Under the pieces are notes generated by a model that worked only from the letters and a program-made list of their open reading frames with translations, was not told the DNA's origin and did no database searches. A stretch of 64,000 bases of DNA. Origin: Mobula hypostoma. Lineage: Eukaryota. This document shows, in pieces, positions 37,498 to 51,047 of this stretch (the stretch's first letter is position 1; every line of letters starts with the position of its first letter). The stretch lies in the NCBI RefSeq assembly GCF_963921235.1, contig NC_086115.1, forward strand, positions 21,268,001-21,332,000, in the 5' to 3' direction. The position numbers and the translations under genes are program-made.

Positions 37498-40247
37498 CAA
37501 ATACAAATATTCTATGTGCAGTTATTGAATACCCACAATATTGTTTCCAATATTACCCACTGAGGCATGATCATCAAAAGCCAGCAATGGAGAAGCAGCT
37601 CTGTATATTCTTCAGTCTACGTGTTTTCGTTACAATGAACAAATTGAGAAGTCTCACAAACTCTGCAAAATGATGAGAATGAATATATCTCCGTCATTCT
37701 TCTAGCTGTAGCAGATCCAAGGTGAAGCTTTTGCATAAACAACACACTTGTAACTATTTAGACAGTTTTAGATTTTGTGATTCTGGATTTGCTCTCTGAA
37801 TTCTAAAAATGCTACAAGTAAATATCACAATCTGACAAAGACATTGAATGAGCACTAAGACCATTAATTCAACAGCAACATTTCTATTTGTTTGAAACAA
37901 CAGATATGTTATAGCTTGTGTTAATTAACCTTCACACACTAAGGAAGTACTAAAATCTTTCATAATCAATGAATTACATATAGATATTACAGAGGAAAAT
38001 GAAGAAGTGAAGTGTCAGATCTTTCATTATAGTACTAGAGTCACATTAACATCAAATCATAAAAATGACGACCTAACCTGTTTCAATGTTGTTGGCCAGG
38101 GAGAGAGTTCCCTACTCTGTTCATAATGCTTTGAGGTAGCCCCATGGTGTCAGACTTAAGTGTTCCAGTCTTGGACTGGAACTCGAAGCCACATCTTTAA
38201 TCAGCATCAGGAACAGAAACAGAACTTTATGAGGATAAGGGGCACACTAGGCCTCCCACAGGAAAGAGGTGCTGGTACTACAGTTTCCAATTTTGCCAAT
38301 TTGGTCAGGCTAACAATGTTGGTAACTAGCAGAACCACAGAAGCCTGCATGCATTAGGAATTTGATAAGGGCATTGCCACTCTGAATGTAGACAATATGG
38401 TGTGAATTATCAAGTGCACTGCCGGCTCGGAGTAAATCAGCAATCCAAGCAATACCCACCCTTTATAAAGATGGTTTCTGGAAGACAGGAGGTTATAGAT
38501 GAGTTAGTCCTAATTCTCATTGTTGGAAGAACACTAGAGTCTATGATTAAAATGACAAAAGATTCTGAATGCTTTCTGTTCATTAGAGAGGGTCAACATA
38601 GGCTTGCCAAGGGTAGATTATGTCCAATGGACCTGACTGATTGAACTTTTTGAAGAGGTGGTCAACATAGATTTTATTCATATGGACCTCCTGAAAGTAT
38701 TTGATAAAGTCTCTTGTTGCAGACAGCCAGCTAAAGCCAAATCTCATAGAATTGGAGACAAATCAATGAACTAGCTAGGAAACCAGCTGAGCAGAGAGGG
38801 AATAAAGAACTGGTACTCAGATCTGTGGAACTGCAGCTCCTCACAATTGCAAGTGACTAGGGTGAGAGGATATAAATCCATTTGTCCAAGTTTGCCAATG
38901 ATTTAGAGAAATAAAAGTAGTGTAGGAGAGTGGTACTGAACTGCACAAAGGTGAGTAATTGATTTCAGTTAATTAATAGAAGGATTGGAGAAGTTTATAA
39001 CAAAAAAATTAACCAAAAGGGGAGTGGACATGGAAATCCATGTCATATTTAAAAGGCTGGTTGAGAACTTGAAGAGCTGTAACCAGCAGGGTGAAGTGAG
39101 CCAGGAAAACAGAATTAACGTTAAATCCATTTTTGGTTGGCATGGTCAAAGTGGGCTGAATGGCCTTTTCCTGTGCTCTATGATTCTATTAGTAGAATCA
39201 CCAAGTGGGCAAAGGTGCAGCAAGTGATTTGACAAATGTCAAAGTAAATGTTAGCATAAAATGAATAGTGTATTGTAAATGGTGAAAAACTAGCAAAGTA
39301 GAGGCTCAAAGATATTTGGACTTCATGTACAAAGAACTTCAAACTGTTGATGGCTAGGCAAAGAGACAAACGTGATAACCCATCTCCTTCTCGGTTTTAC
39401 CTCAAAGGTTAGAAATTAATGCCTCTGCTAAACAAAACTCTAGTTAAATCATGTTTTCAGCATTGCCAACAGTTCTTGGTGTTGCATCTTTGAAAAGAAC
39501 TAATGAATGGAAGTTTTCTAGGTACTAGAGAGTGAAAGAGGATGGGCCTCCACTGGTTAGTGAGTTCAGGAAAGAGCAACACCATCTAAACATTAGAGCT
39601 AAGGCTTTTGGGAGTGAAGCTGGGAAAGAGACAGCATGCAGAAGGTAGCAGAAATTTGGAACTCACTTTCCACAAATAATTGATGCTGGGTTAACTGTTA
39701 ACTTAATCTGTGAGATTTTTAATAACGAAGGATATTACGGAATCAGGGAAAATGTGAATATGGAAAAGACTTGAGATGCTGACAATTTTACACTCATCCC
39801 TAAGTTTGGTCTCAATATAGAAGACAACTGAGTAAATGTTTTTCAAGTTAACATGAAGATTTACAGATATTATTGAGAAATAGATTAAAAAGCTTATCTT
39901 AATGATTTCTCAATGTTTTAAGTATTTACATATTCATTAATTTTTATCGAGAGAATTAGCTGGCTCAGCAAGGACGCATTTGGTAGAGAATGTAATATGT
40001 ACACTTACAGAAGGAATAATAATTGAAATATATGGTGATAATGTACAACGGAGAGTTCAAAGAACAACCTTTAAGAAATCAAAGGTCAAGACGTTCATAG
40101 AACCAAAATACCCCAACTCTTCTCTTTCTGTGGCAGGAGGGGTCTCAACATGTCAACTGAGGGTTTCAGCTCTTTAAGGGGTTTATGCTTTTTGAATAAA
40201 TTAAGATAAGCTCCAGCGACAGTATAGGTCCCAGGAAGTGGAATGTT

Positions 40248-40382
40248 TAACTCAAGAGATTACACAGATGCTGGAAATACAGAGCAACACAGGTAAGTTG
40301 CTGGGGGAACTCAGCAGGTCAGGCAGCATCTATGGAGGGCAATAAACAGTTAATGTTTCACCCCAAGACCCTTCATCAGCAC
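40248..40382 (-). mobile_element. Short hammerhead-bearing pLTR-like insertion with TSD
   Basis: Minus strand CTGATGAAGGGTCTTGGGGTGAAACATTAACTG..GATGCTGCCTGACCTGCTGAGTTCC..TTTCCAGCATCTG; 12-bp TSD AAGTGGAATGTT (40236-40247, 40383-40394). Confidence 0.8.
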
Positions 40383-41719
40383 AAGTGGAATGTTCGGCTG
40401 GTTAAAAAGAACTGTGGAAAACAGAGCTAATTTATTTGTCACTTCCTTTTTGCCATCTATCTCCACATGGCTTCCAGTCTCACTACAAGACCCTCGTGTA
40501 TCTCTTTATCACTCACGGTACTTGAAATTATTTTACTAAGGCCAGTACGCTAACATGAATGGCATTTAGGATCAGGCAGAGAGAGACTCTGCAGCAGAAA
40601 CTGTGTAAGATCTACTGAGCTTCGAGAAATCTGGAGTCAAGTTGTGGGTAGGTTAGACTTTGAGCTTAAAGCAAGAGCTGTAATGTAGAACCCTCAGTTC
40701 TACACTTGTGGTGAGTGATTAGCCATAATGCCAAAGACACCGGGTGGGGTGACAGAAGCGATGGACTCTGGAAGCAGTTTGTGTAAATTGAGCTTGGGAG
40801 TATTCAGACAGAACACTTTGTGAGTTTGAGAACACTTCAGAAAGAGGAATTATCATGTAAAGGCTGGCTCATTTTCAGTCTGGGTAAACAAAAAGGAAGG
40901 TCATTGATTCGTACTTAGGGACAAACAAGGGAGTTTTGAGATACAGACCTTCTGTATACGCATTGACAGCTGGTGTGCAGTGACTTCAAGCCAGTTGGGC
41001 AATTGAGTTAGCAGCTGGCATTTAGAGTATGGGACAGGAATTGCTATCTTGGGATTGGTAAGGCAGGGACCAAAGATGGTCGAGCACATTTTGGATTTTG
41101 AGTGATATTACATTTTTGAACCAGATTATTCGTCATTGATTTAAATTGCATGTACTCAGTAAAGTTATATCCGTAGTACCCAACAGCCACATCAACAATA
41201 ATTTAAAACTAGGGGAAATCCATCTTCCTCAAAGTGTAATTAGAGTATTATTCTAATTAACTGTGTATTTACTGGCATTTAGAAATATTTTACATTTTTC
41301 TTTCTTTACTCTGTTTGAAGCACAACAAAATGATAAATTATGAGAAATCAAATAATCAAAAATCAGCTGTTATTTTATGGTGTTTGCAGCTGGCACTACA
41401 CATTGTTAAAGGAGTCCAATGCAGCCTTTACAGAATGCTTTTGTTTCTGAAGGTGAGCATTAGAATGAGACGGCTGCTTATGCTTTAAGGTGAAGAATAT
41501 GAGGACTGGTCAGGGCAAGGTGGGTTGTGACCAGGGTGAGTCTCCTCTGTGAGTTTTGTGTGGAGCCAAGCTGGAGTCCCAGTTTTTCTGCCTTTTCTTT
41601 CTTGAATGTTACAGGTTCTCAATTGGATCACGTTTTTCATCCTTGAGGAAGCAATTTAAAGCAAACTGTTAGTCTTATGCAGTCAAATCCATGATATGCA
41701 TTTGAAAATAGTTCATTAT

Positions 41720-43110
41720 AGACTCATTGAACACTACAGTACAGAAACAAGACCTTCGACCCATCTAGTCAATACCGAATTATTAATCTGTTTAGCCCCA
41801 TCAACCTGCCCACCAGACGCCTCCCATCCATGTACCTATACAAATGTCTCCTAAACGTTGAAATTGAACCTGCATCTATCACTTGCGCTAGCAGCTCAGT
41901 CCAGCCTCTCACCACCCTCTGAGTGAAGAGGTTTCCCCTCACATTCCTCTTAAATATTTCTCCTTTCACCTTTAACCCATGACCTCTAGTTCTAGTCTCA
42001 CCCAACCTCAGTGGGAGAAGCCTGCTTACATTTATCCTATAATTTTGTATATCTCTATCAAATCTCTGCTCTTTCTCCTACCTTCTAGGGAATGTAGTCC
42101 TAACCTATTCAACCCTTCCCTATGTCAGGTCTTCAAGTCCCTGCAATATCATTATAAATTTACACTTCACTCTTTTAAACTTATTGATATCTTTCTCTTA
42201 GGCAGGTGACCAGAACTGCACACAATACTCCAAACAAGCCCTCACCAAGGTCTTATATAACTTCAACATAGTATCTCAACTCCTGTACTCAATCATTGAT
42301 TTATGAAGGCCGATGTGCCAAAAGCTTTCTTTACAACCCTGTCTACCTGTGACACCACTTTCAAGGAGTTATAGATGTGTACTCCCAGATCCTTCTGTTG
42401 TACGGCTCTGCTCAGTGCCTTGCAGCTCACTGTAAGTTCTACCCCGGTTTGTGTCCCAAAGAGCAACACCTCACACCTGTCCACATTAAATCCCATCTGC
42501 TATTTTTAAGCCTAGTTTTCCAGCTTTGATTGCCTTCCTCACTGTTCGCTACACCTCCAATCTTGGTATCATCTGCAAACTTGCTGATCCAGTTTACTAC
42601 ATTATCATCCAGACCATTGATATAGATGACAAACAATAATGGACCCAGCACCGATCCCTGTGGCACTCCTCTAGCGAAAGGCCTAAGGTCAGAGAGGCAG
42701 CCCTCTACTGCCAGTCTCTGGCTCATCCCGCGAAGGCAATGTCTAATCCAGTTTACTAACTCATCATGAATGTCAAGTGACTGAACCTTCTTGACCAACC
42801 TCCCATGCGGGATCATCTCAAAGACCTTGATAAAGTCCATGTAGACGGCATCCACTGCCTTGCCTTCATTAACTTTCCTGGTCACTTCCTTGAAAAACTC
42901 TGTAAGATTGATTAGACAAGGCCTGCTGCACGCAAAGTCATGTTGACTATCCCTAATCAGCCCCTGTCAATCCAAATACTCATACATCTAGTCTCTTAGA
43001 ATACCTTCCAATAACTTACCCGCTACTGATGTTTGGCTCGCTGGCCTATAATTTCCCAACTTATTCTTATATGACAGAACAACATGTTTTTTTAAGTCTT
43101 TCTTAAACAA
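41720..43110 (-). mobile_element. CR1 RT and 3' end, degenerate
   Basis: GVPQGSVLGPLLFVIYIN..SKFADDTKIGG; ETRTRGHGLKV. Confidence 0.85.
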
Positions 43111-43697
43111 CAAAAACAGATGCTCTGGCATCTGTTGCTAAGGATGTTATTCTGAAATTAAGTTATTGAGATGGAATAACTTAACCCCTCTATAGGTGGT
43201 CATGTCATGTTCTCTCAGGAGGGAGGAATGGGGCCAGTTTTGCCTTTGTTGTTTCGTTGCACAGTATGTTCTGCTTTGTTTTGATTTATGTTGTTCTGCC
43301 AAACATGCTATATTGGCACTGGAATGCGTGGTGACACTTGAGGGCTGCCTCCAAAACACTCCCGGGTGTGTTGGCTGTTACAAAAACATTGCATTTCACT
43401 GTATGGTTCAATGTATATTTTATAAATAAATCTGAATCTGAATATTCTCATCCTCACCACAAAATCCACTCATCAAACCAGCCCAATCCCAGTTTCCATT
43501 GTACAAGCTATTTCCTTGTACAAGATGGAATAAAGATGATGCAACACTATGCAGAATCCTGCTAATGTCGATACACTCGGCCATACACAGACGAGGTACA
43601 GGAATCAAGTTGGGGTCTGTTCATTGCCCGAACCATCCGGTCAACATAAGGCCTTGTGATTGGGCATGACGGCAAGCACAGTCCTTAGCCACAAGTT

Positions 43698-44077
43698 CTA
43701 CTACGTTGACTCAGGCCTAGGGGGCTGGCGTCGGGCACGATGACGGACTCTCCACTTCTCCCTCTCCCTCATCAGTGTGTTCAGTTCACCTACATTAGCC
43801 GCGCCGCTGTCTTCTAGGAGCGTGTTGACCATAGTCTTGGGAGGGCACCCAGGGTTCATCCTCCCATACCTGGGCTCCCATATGATGACTAGGCTGGCAG
43901 GTAGCTCGGGGTGGCGTAGACAGTGCCCCACTAGTTCCAGTCTTCTCGCCTTGATTTTAGATGTGAGCATCAGTAGGTCATTATAGAGCTTGACGTTCGT
44001 CATGTGCTGTTGCCAACTCACGTCAAGAGCCACCCGGATGCTCTACACAAATGCTCCGGATGGCTCTTGATGTGAGT
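43698..44077 (-). mobile_element. RTE-clade LINE 3' end with a short inverted 5' piece
   Basis: ORF 43701-44033 (ALDVSWQQH..RRLELVGHCLRH..WEP..GCPPKT..W); stop followed by a TAG repeat. Confidence 0.8.
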
Positions 44078-44117
44078 CATTAGGTAAGGCCAAAGAATCT
44101 ACTTCTGCAATCGTAGA

Positions 44118-44150
44118 CTACTTCAGACCATCAAATTTTGAATCACAGAT
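44118..44150 (-). CDS. Candidate terminal coding exon of PKD2L1 (ICDSKFDGLK*), tentative
   Basis: Strong acceptor (T)n-gtctacag, phase 0 compatible with the exon ending at 46749; no homology support. Confidence 0.2.
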   Translation of the reverse strand: MCDSKFDGLK

Positions 44151-44769
44151 CTGTAGACAAAAAAAAAATCAAAGACTGAGCAAGCTAGGGCATTTCTCCT
44201 TGTAGCTTAGGAGAAGGAGAGGTGACTTGATAGAGGTGTACAGTACAAGATGATAAAGAGAGCATGCAGGCAGTGGTGGGAATTGAACCTTGATCTTACC
44301 ACTGGTGCTGCAATAGCATTGTACTGGCTGCTGCATTACTGTGCTGTCCTGATAAAAATAAAAATAGGCGTAGGAAACTTAAACTACAAGAAAAATAACA
44401 ATTCTACACGCTAATCCAACAGCAGATTCAATAACGTTTATGGGGTTTTTAGATTGACACAGGGATGCGCAGAGTATGTAATTAGACACACTCGCTTGGT
44501 GCAACATAGCAGGCCCAAGGGCCTGTTCCTGTGCTGTACTGTCTTCTGTTCCAATTGCTGATCAATCCATCGACTTCTGCCAGATTGTCTGTAGCTCCAA
44601 ATTCCAACACTGCATTCTCTGGAGTCCCTGCTGTAATTGTGTTTCCCCTTGGAAACTCCTGCTGGTACAATCTCCTCATCTACCTTGTCACATTCCCTTG
44701 GGATTTAGCTGTTTCAATAAGGTCATCCCTCAAAGACATGGACATCTTTAAGGTCTGTACATAGCATTT

Positions 44770-46045
44770 CATGGCTCTGGGCTTGTAGGAGAATGAGGTG
44801 GGATTTTATTGAAATCTACCAAATATTGAAAGGCTTGGATAGAATGGACGTGAGAGAATGTTTCCAATAGCAGTTTAGGACCAGCAGGCACAACCTCAGA
44901 TAGAAGGATGTCCCTTTTTGAACAGAGATGAGGAGGAATTTCTTTAACCAGAAGTTGGTGAATCTGTGGAATTCATTGTCACAGACAGTTCTGAAGGTTG
45001 ACAGGCATCAAAGGTTATAGGAAGAAGCAGAAGAATGGGGTTGAGAGGGATAATAAATTGGCCATGATTGATTGGCAGAGAAGATTCGATGGGCTGTATT
45101 ACCTCATTTTGTTCTTATTTCTTATGGTTTAAAAGCCTTTTGGTAACCATCTCTGAGTTGAGAGGGATATAGCAGAACACCAACTTACTCATAGTCATCA
45201 AATACCTCGGCAAAAGACCATAAGACAAAGGAGCAGAAGTCGGCCATTCGGCCCATCGAGTCTGCTCTGTCATTTTATCATGAGCTGATCCATTCTCCCA
45301 TTTAGTCCCACTCACCCGCCTTCTCACCATAACCTTTGATGCCCTGGCTACTCAGATACCTATCAATCTCTACCTTAAATACACCCTATGACTTGGCCTC
45401 CACTGCCGCCCGTGGCAACAAATTCCATAGATTCACCACCCTCTGGCTAAAAAAATTTCTTCACATCTCTGTTCTGAATGGGCACCCTTCAATCCTTAAG
45501 ACATGCCCTCTCGTACTAGACTCCCCCATCATGGAAAACAACTTTGCCATATCCACCCTGTCCATGTCTTTCAACATAAAGCATTAAAGCATTAAAGTGT
45601 CAAGTGGGGAAGAAGATATTTGGGTTTCTATCACAGGCAGGTCCATATGAGAGTGCCATGGGACAGGAGATGATGAGAAGTTGTGTTGTTCGAATTTTGG
45701 TTCTTGCTAATGTTAAAACTGAACTTGGTTTTTAGCAAAATAAATTGTACTTGATAAGTATATTTGAAAGGGTATTTGTTACTGTTCTGAAATAGGTGTG
45801 AGATAGATGTTGGGGGTGGGTTTGCCATATTATTTGAATGCAAAATTTTCCATTAGTGGGAGAGTCTAGGACGAGAGGGCACAGATTCAGAATAGAAGGA
45901 TGTGCCTTTAGAATAGAGATAAGGAAGAATTTCTTTCACCAGAGGGCAGTGAATCTGTGGAATTCGTTGCCACAGATGGCTGTTGAGACCAAGTTATTGG
46001 GTATATTTAAAGTGAAGGTTGATACGTTCTTGATCAGTAAGCATG
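44770..46045. mobile_element. Cluster of CR1 3' fragments (~44770-45130 plus, ~45215-45575 minus, ~45845-46045 plus)
   Basis: Repeated RTRGH..FF.QR.VNLWNSLP remnants and CR1 3' UTR. Confidence 0.75.
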
Positions 46046-46748
46046 TCGTAAGTTATGTCTTACATTAAAAATCTTACATGCAGCACCTTCACCTTCTGAG
46101 TTTTGTTTCATTTAGATGGTGAAGCATTTGCACTAACTATTTGAAAAGTCTTAAACCATAAAAAGTATTAACTACTGTCATGCATTTTCTGAGAGTGTTT
46201 CTGGGTGTGGCGCTGTGCTTGAGCAATTATCTTCAGGAGAGTCCCCAGTCCATGAAGACTATGACTAAAGTGGAGCGGGTTTCTAGTGACCTGTCAACTA
46301 ACATTAAACATTGGAGTGGCTCTGGGGAGTTCAATTATTGTCCTGCAACCCTTCCTCTAGCTGAGTCACATACCTGTACCAATTGTTTCTGTTAGATTTT
46401 GTTCAAATCAGGAGATGTTTAATGCTGATTCTTTCCAAACTGGAAGAGCACTGCGAATACGCATCAAAGAGCAAAGTCACTGTTATTATCCAAAAATCTT
46501 CTTTTGCTTGTGGATCTCTCTTAGTCTCCCGTTAAGTGCAGTCACTGAAAAGATTTCAGCATTCTACAGCATCATTTTTCAACCCGATCTGCTCTCTTGT
46601 GTCTCCATGTCATTTAGCTTTACAATTTCTGAGCTTAGCATTCTTAATTTTTGAGTTTAAGCCCAAATAAATATTTGAAAGGCACCCTCTTGACCTCCTT
46701 TCTGTCAGTTCACCAAAGAAGGAAATTGACAAGCGAGATCAGCTTTAC

Positions 46749-46884
46749 CTCTGGAATACTCTGTAGCAACTTTCCCTTCACGTCTTTGCCTTTTTCCATT
46801 GTCTCAAGTTTAACAGAGATCGCATGAACTTTAGATATAATGTTCCTAATGGAATGTTCGAGTTGGACAACCTGGCGTGCCAAC
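46749..46884 (-). CDS. PKD2L1: PKD2L1 coding exon (coiled coil, 136 bp)
   Basis: ttcag| and |gtaaag; LARQVVQLEHSIRNIISKVHAISVKLETMEKGKDVKGKLLQSIPE; phase consistent. Confidence 0.85.
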
Positions 46885-47062
46885 CTGAAATAGCATCACA
46901 TATTAGTAATACTTCATGAAATGTTGAAAATAGCAAAATATTTGCTTGCTAAGAAAATACTTGTCTCACATCACGTGGTGATTTTAATAAAACTAGGTAA
47001 TTTAGATTCCTAAGCCTCTACTTTATATTTTAGCATCTACCATCAAATCCTTAGATACATAC

Positions 47063-47202
47063 GCCTGAAACTCCTCCTTGGTTACACTGCTGTTTGGTTT
47101 GTTGCTGTTGTTTTTCACATTATCAAAGTCAGCAGAACGGTTGAAAACTGATGACTTGTCCATGTTCTTTCCCAACTTCGCTATCTCAGCATTCAGAGCA
47201 AT
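47063..47202 (-). CDS. PKD2L1: PKD2L1 coding exon (linker, 140 bp)
   Basis: acag| and |gtatgt; IALNAEIAKLGKNMDKSS..VTKEEFQ. Confidence 0.88.
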
Positions 47203-48059
47203 CTGTGAAATGCAGTGAAATATAAAACGTCAGAATCAGAATCAGGTTTAATATCACTGGCATACATCGTGAAATTTGTCAAGTCAAGTCAAGTCAAGTC
47301 GCTTTTATTGTCATTTCAACCATAACTGCTGGTACAGTACACAGTGAAAACGAAACAACATACCTCCAGGACCATGGTGCTACATGAAACAACACAAAAC
47401 TACACTAGACTACCTGAAACAACACAAAACTACATTAGACTTCAGAACCTACATGGGACTACATAAAGTGCACAAAACAGTGCAAGACAGTACAATAATT
47501 AATAAACAAGACAACAGGCACAGTAAAGGACAAATTACAATATAATAATAAATGATGTAAATGTAAATGTGGTCCTTGTGGCAGCAGTACATTGCAATAC
47601 ATCATAATAGAGAAAAAACATGAATTATAGCAACTATATATATACTTACTGTACATATCGATATATAATAGTTAAATTGAATAAATAGTTCAAAAATTAA
47701 AATTATAAAATGTAGAGAGGTAGTGTTCATGGTTTAATTCGGGTGCTCCCGTTTCTTCTCACAGTCCAAAGACATATCAGTTGGTAGGATAATTGGTTCT
47801 TGGAAATTGTCCCAGCGATTAAGCCAGGATTAAATTAGGAGACTGCTGGGCAGTGTGGCAGGAAGGGCTTATTCTGTGCTGTATCTCAATAAATAAATAA
47901 ATATACATTTTTGCACAGATACATATATAGGGTGCATACAACATAAATAGCAATGTACTGTATATAGCATATACTGTCTATGCTATATATGCTACGTATA
48001 GTTAGGGAAAGGGGAAAATATAGGTTCACTCAAAGGTAAAGAAGTATTTTGTCCTTAAG

Positions 48060-49230
48060 TGGATATAACTCATGTCATCCAGAGGAGAGTCAGAGGAAAT
48101 GGATGAAAACCTTATTGAGTACATCATATTGGTCTTTATCAAGAAGGACAGGGATGATGGTCAGATCAGGTACGTCAATATTCTTGAGCATGTTAAGAAT
48201 AAGAAGGAGCAGGTGTTGAAAAACATGAAGTGAGATAAGTCCTCAGGGGCTGACAGCAGGGTACTAAAGGAGACAAGGGAGATGATTGCTGGGGCTTTGA
48301 CATAGGTCTTTGTATCCTTTGAAGCCATGGGTGAGAGAATAGTAACGTAGAGAATAGCCAATGAAGTTTCTTTGTTTAAGAAGGGCAACAGGGGCAAACC
48401 ATGAATTATAGGCTGGTGAGCCATATACCAGTGGCTATTATTGGGGAAGATTCTTAGGGATCGGATTTGCTTGCATTTGGAAAAACATGGATTTATTAGG
48501 GATAATCAATATGGTTTTGTGTAGAGGCCCTCTCTCACAAATTTGATTGAGATTTTTGAGGGAATGATAAAAATGATCGAAGAGGGCAGTGCCGTGAATG
48601 TCATCTACATGGCATCAACAATTTGACAAAGTTTCTCATAGTAGTCTGGTATATTAAATTAAAACCACAAGGGGTCCACAGTGAGTTTGTCAATTGGATA
48701 AAATCGGCTTGGTCATAGAGAACAAAGGAAAGTGGTGGAGGAGTGATTTTCTGTCAGGATGTTTATAGTAAGTGGTGCTCTGCAAGAATCAGTGCTGCAA
48801 CCTCTGTTGTCTGATGTTAATGAGCTGAATGAAAATACAGGTGGCCTGAACTTACATGAAATTAGCAGAGGAAGCAAGGAAGGCCTTCTAAGAAGAGTGG
48901 CAAAACAAGTGGTTGGGGTACAAACACATGGCACACAGCTTGCTTGCCTTCATCAGTTGGGTCAATAGGTATAAGAATGAATAAGTCATGTTGTATCTAC
49001 AAACGTTTGTATATAAAACTTTGGTTCAGCCACATATTGTTTTCATTTCTTGTCACCACCTAGGAAAGATCTGGTGGTTTTGGAGAGAGTGCAGAGTTTC
49101 ACTAGGATGTCACTATAAGGAGGGTTTGGACAAACTAGGTGTCAGAGGCAGAGAGGTAACCTGATAGAATAAATTACGAGAGACATAATAGGGTTAGAGT
49201 CTTTTTCCCAGGGTGAAAATGTAAAATATT
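48060..49230 (+). mobile_element. Old CR1 ORF2 fragments
   Basis: LFKKGNR, HLEKHGFIRDNQYGFV, NLIEIFE remnants. Confidence 0.65.
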
Positions 49231-49693
49231 ATGGGGCACAGCATTAATGTTTTATCCCCATCATTTGCAAATCTGACCTCAAACTCTAATAGGAACATTT
49301 ACCCATGCTTCCACCAGCTCACTTATCCTTACGAAACCTACTATATTCCTGCAGTCCTATCACAGGTTTCCTCTGGACTTCTCTGTCTCAAGGACAGAAG
49401 AAAAAACAGCTTTATTTTAATTTAACATTGTACTTAAAATTTTTCATACCTAGAAACTTTCTAGCATTTTTATTCACTTTGTCCATAAAATTATAATAAG
49501 GACATCACAGCTCTCCATAGTCTGTGTATTCCACACCTGATGTTCTTAACAAATCCTTAGTAATAAATGTTAATGCCTGGATAATCATTTATTTTCAATA
49601 TATATTTGTTCATTATATATTCATAATCATCTCAGTATCTCAATTCTAACATTTTACTTGTTCAGTTCATGTTCTCAGGTCTAATTTCCTTAC

Positions 49694-49811
49694 CTTCTTT
49701 TCTTCTAATTCATTCCTCATCTTCATCTGCTCTTCTTCATCCAGGACTTTATTGTCATCATGGTCATATCTTGCAAAAGTATCATTGATTTCTTGGTCAG
49801 AGTGGCCCAAG
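49694..49811 (-). CDS. PKD2L1: PKD2L1 coding exon (EF-hand, 118 bp)
   Basis: ttcag| and |gtaagg; LGHSDQEINDTFARYDHDDNKVLDEEEQMKMRNELEEKK. Confidence 0.92.
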
Positions 49812-50925
49812 CTGAAAAACAGTTGTTTCTTGACTGCTGTTTCATCGATCAATTTGTAACTAAAAGGATCATGAAAGTAGATGGTCCCAGTGGGAGCTCA
49901 TTGGTTTTGATGCCCTCCCCCTCCCCGCCTGCACCCTCTGGGTCCTCACATATCCTTTACCACACCTCTCTATCTCATCTCACCGCAGGGGATGGTGTTG
50001 GGGGTCGCTCCACACAAAGGCCGTCTGCACTGAGCAGGGAGATCCAGCAGGAATTTGACGAAGGTGAAAGAAGGTGAGATCATATTCAGAACCCTGAGAC
50101 TCCAGAAAAATAAAGTTCTTCCCAGTATGTCTGCCCCTTTGGCAGGTGTTTCTAACTGCCCCGTATTTAAAGGGGAAATTGTCCCTTTTATGAGATAATA
50201 GTGTGTGAAATCAATGCCGTGCACCTTTACTCTGACGATTTTTCTGACGCTCAGTTGTTGAGTCCAGAGCCAGGAAAGACCAAATAGTCAAGAGCCTGCT
50301 GTGAGGAGAGACAAATAAACAAGGCAAACTCCCCAACAAAAGCAAAAATAGATTCAAATCCATTTTGAATTGCGATGCACTGTGAAGAATTCTTCGCAGC
50401 AAGGCATAAGCCTAACCCACCATCAGGCTCACCCAGAACAACCGGGTAAGTGCTTCCTCAGTTGCTGGTTCAGTCGGGTGTCAAGCACTGACATGTAACA
50501 GCTGGATCCCGCTACTGGGAAGTATCGTCCGATTTCTAGATGGCTGTATTTCCAACATTGTTTTGTTACTGCTTCAGATTTCTATTACTTTCATTTTTTT
50601 AACTTTTCATTTACAAGTGTTAATTTTAAGAAACCTTTTTCCACAAGCACTCACACTGTGCACATAAATTGGAAATTCTGGTGTCATTTGCGTAATTTCC
50701 ATATTTCAGTATCTGAATCAGGTTTTTTTTATCACTGACTTGTGTCATGAAATTTGTTGTTTTGCAGCAGCAGTACGGGGCAAGATGTAAAAATTACTAT
50801 AAGTTACGTAGATAAATAGAAATAGTGCAAAAGAAAAATAATGTAGTGTTCATGTTAAGGCTGCCTGGTAAATAGATTTTTTAAGCTATTATAATTCAAA
50901 ATCTACATTACAATTAAATTCTTAC

Positions 50926-51047
50926 TCCTTAAGATTGCTTCTAAAATCTTCAAAATCCAGCTTCTCGGATCCATGCTGAAGAGTTTTCTGCACATCAGAA
51001 ATTCGTTCTTTTTTCAGCTTTAATTTCATCAAAGCCTTATTATAGCC
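50926..51047 (-). CDS. PKD2L1: PKD2L1 coding exon (122 bp)
   Basis: ttag| and |gtaaga; GYNKALMKLKLKKERISDVQKTLQHGSEKLDFEDFRSNLK. Confidence 0.92.

Noticed and set aside
44482..44764. Short open frames that could be a PKD2L1 last exon
   Set aside because: Weak acceptors, overlap with a CR1 tail, no homology
25000..46700. ABCG2 remnants expected from paralogous synteny
   Set aside because: No Walker A/B or ABC signature seen; a TBLASTN is needed to exclude decayed exons
47230..47720. (AAGTC)n and (CAGAAT)n microsatellites
   Set aside because: They are nested minus-strand LINE-type 3' tails, not independent features
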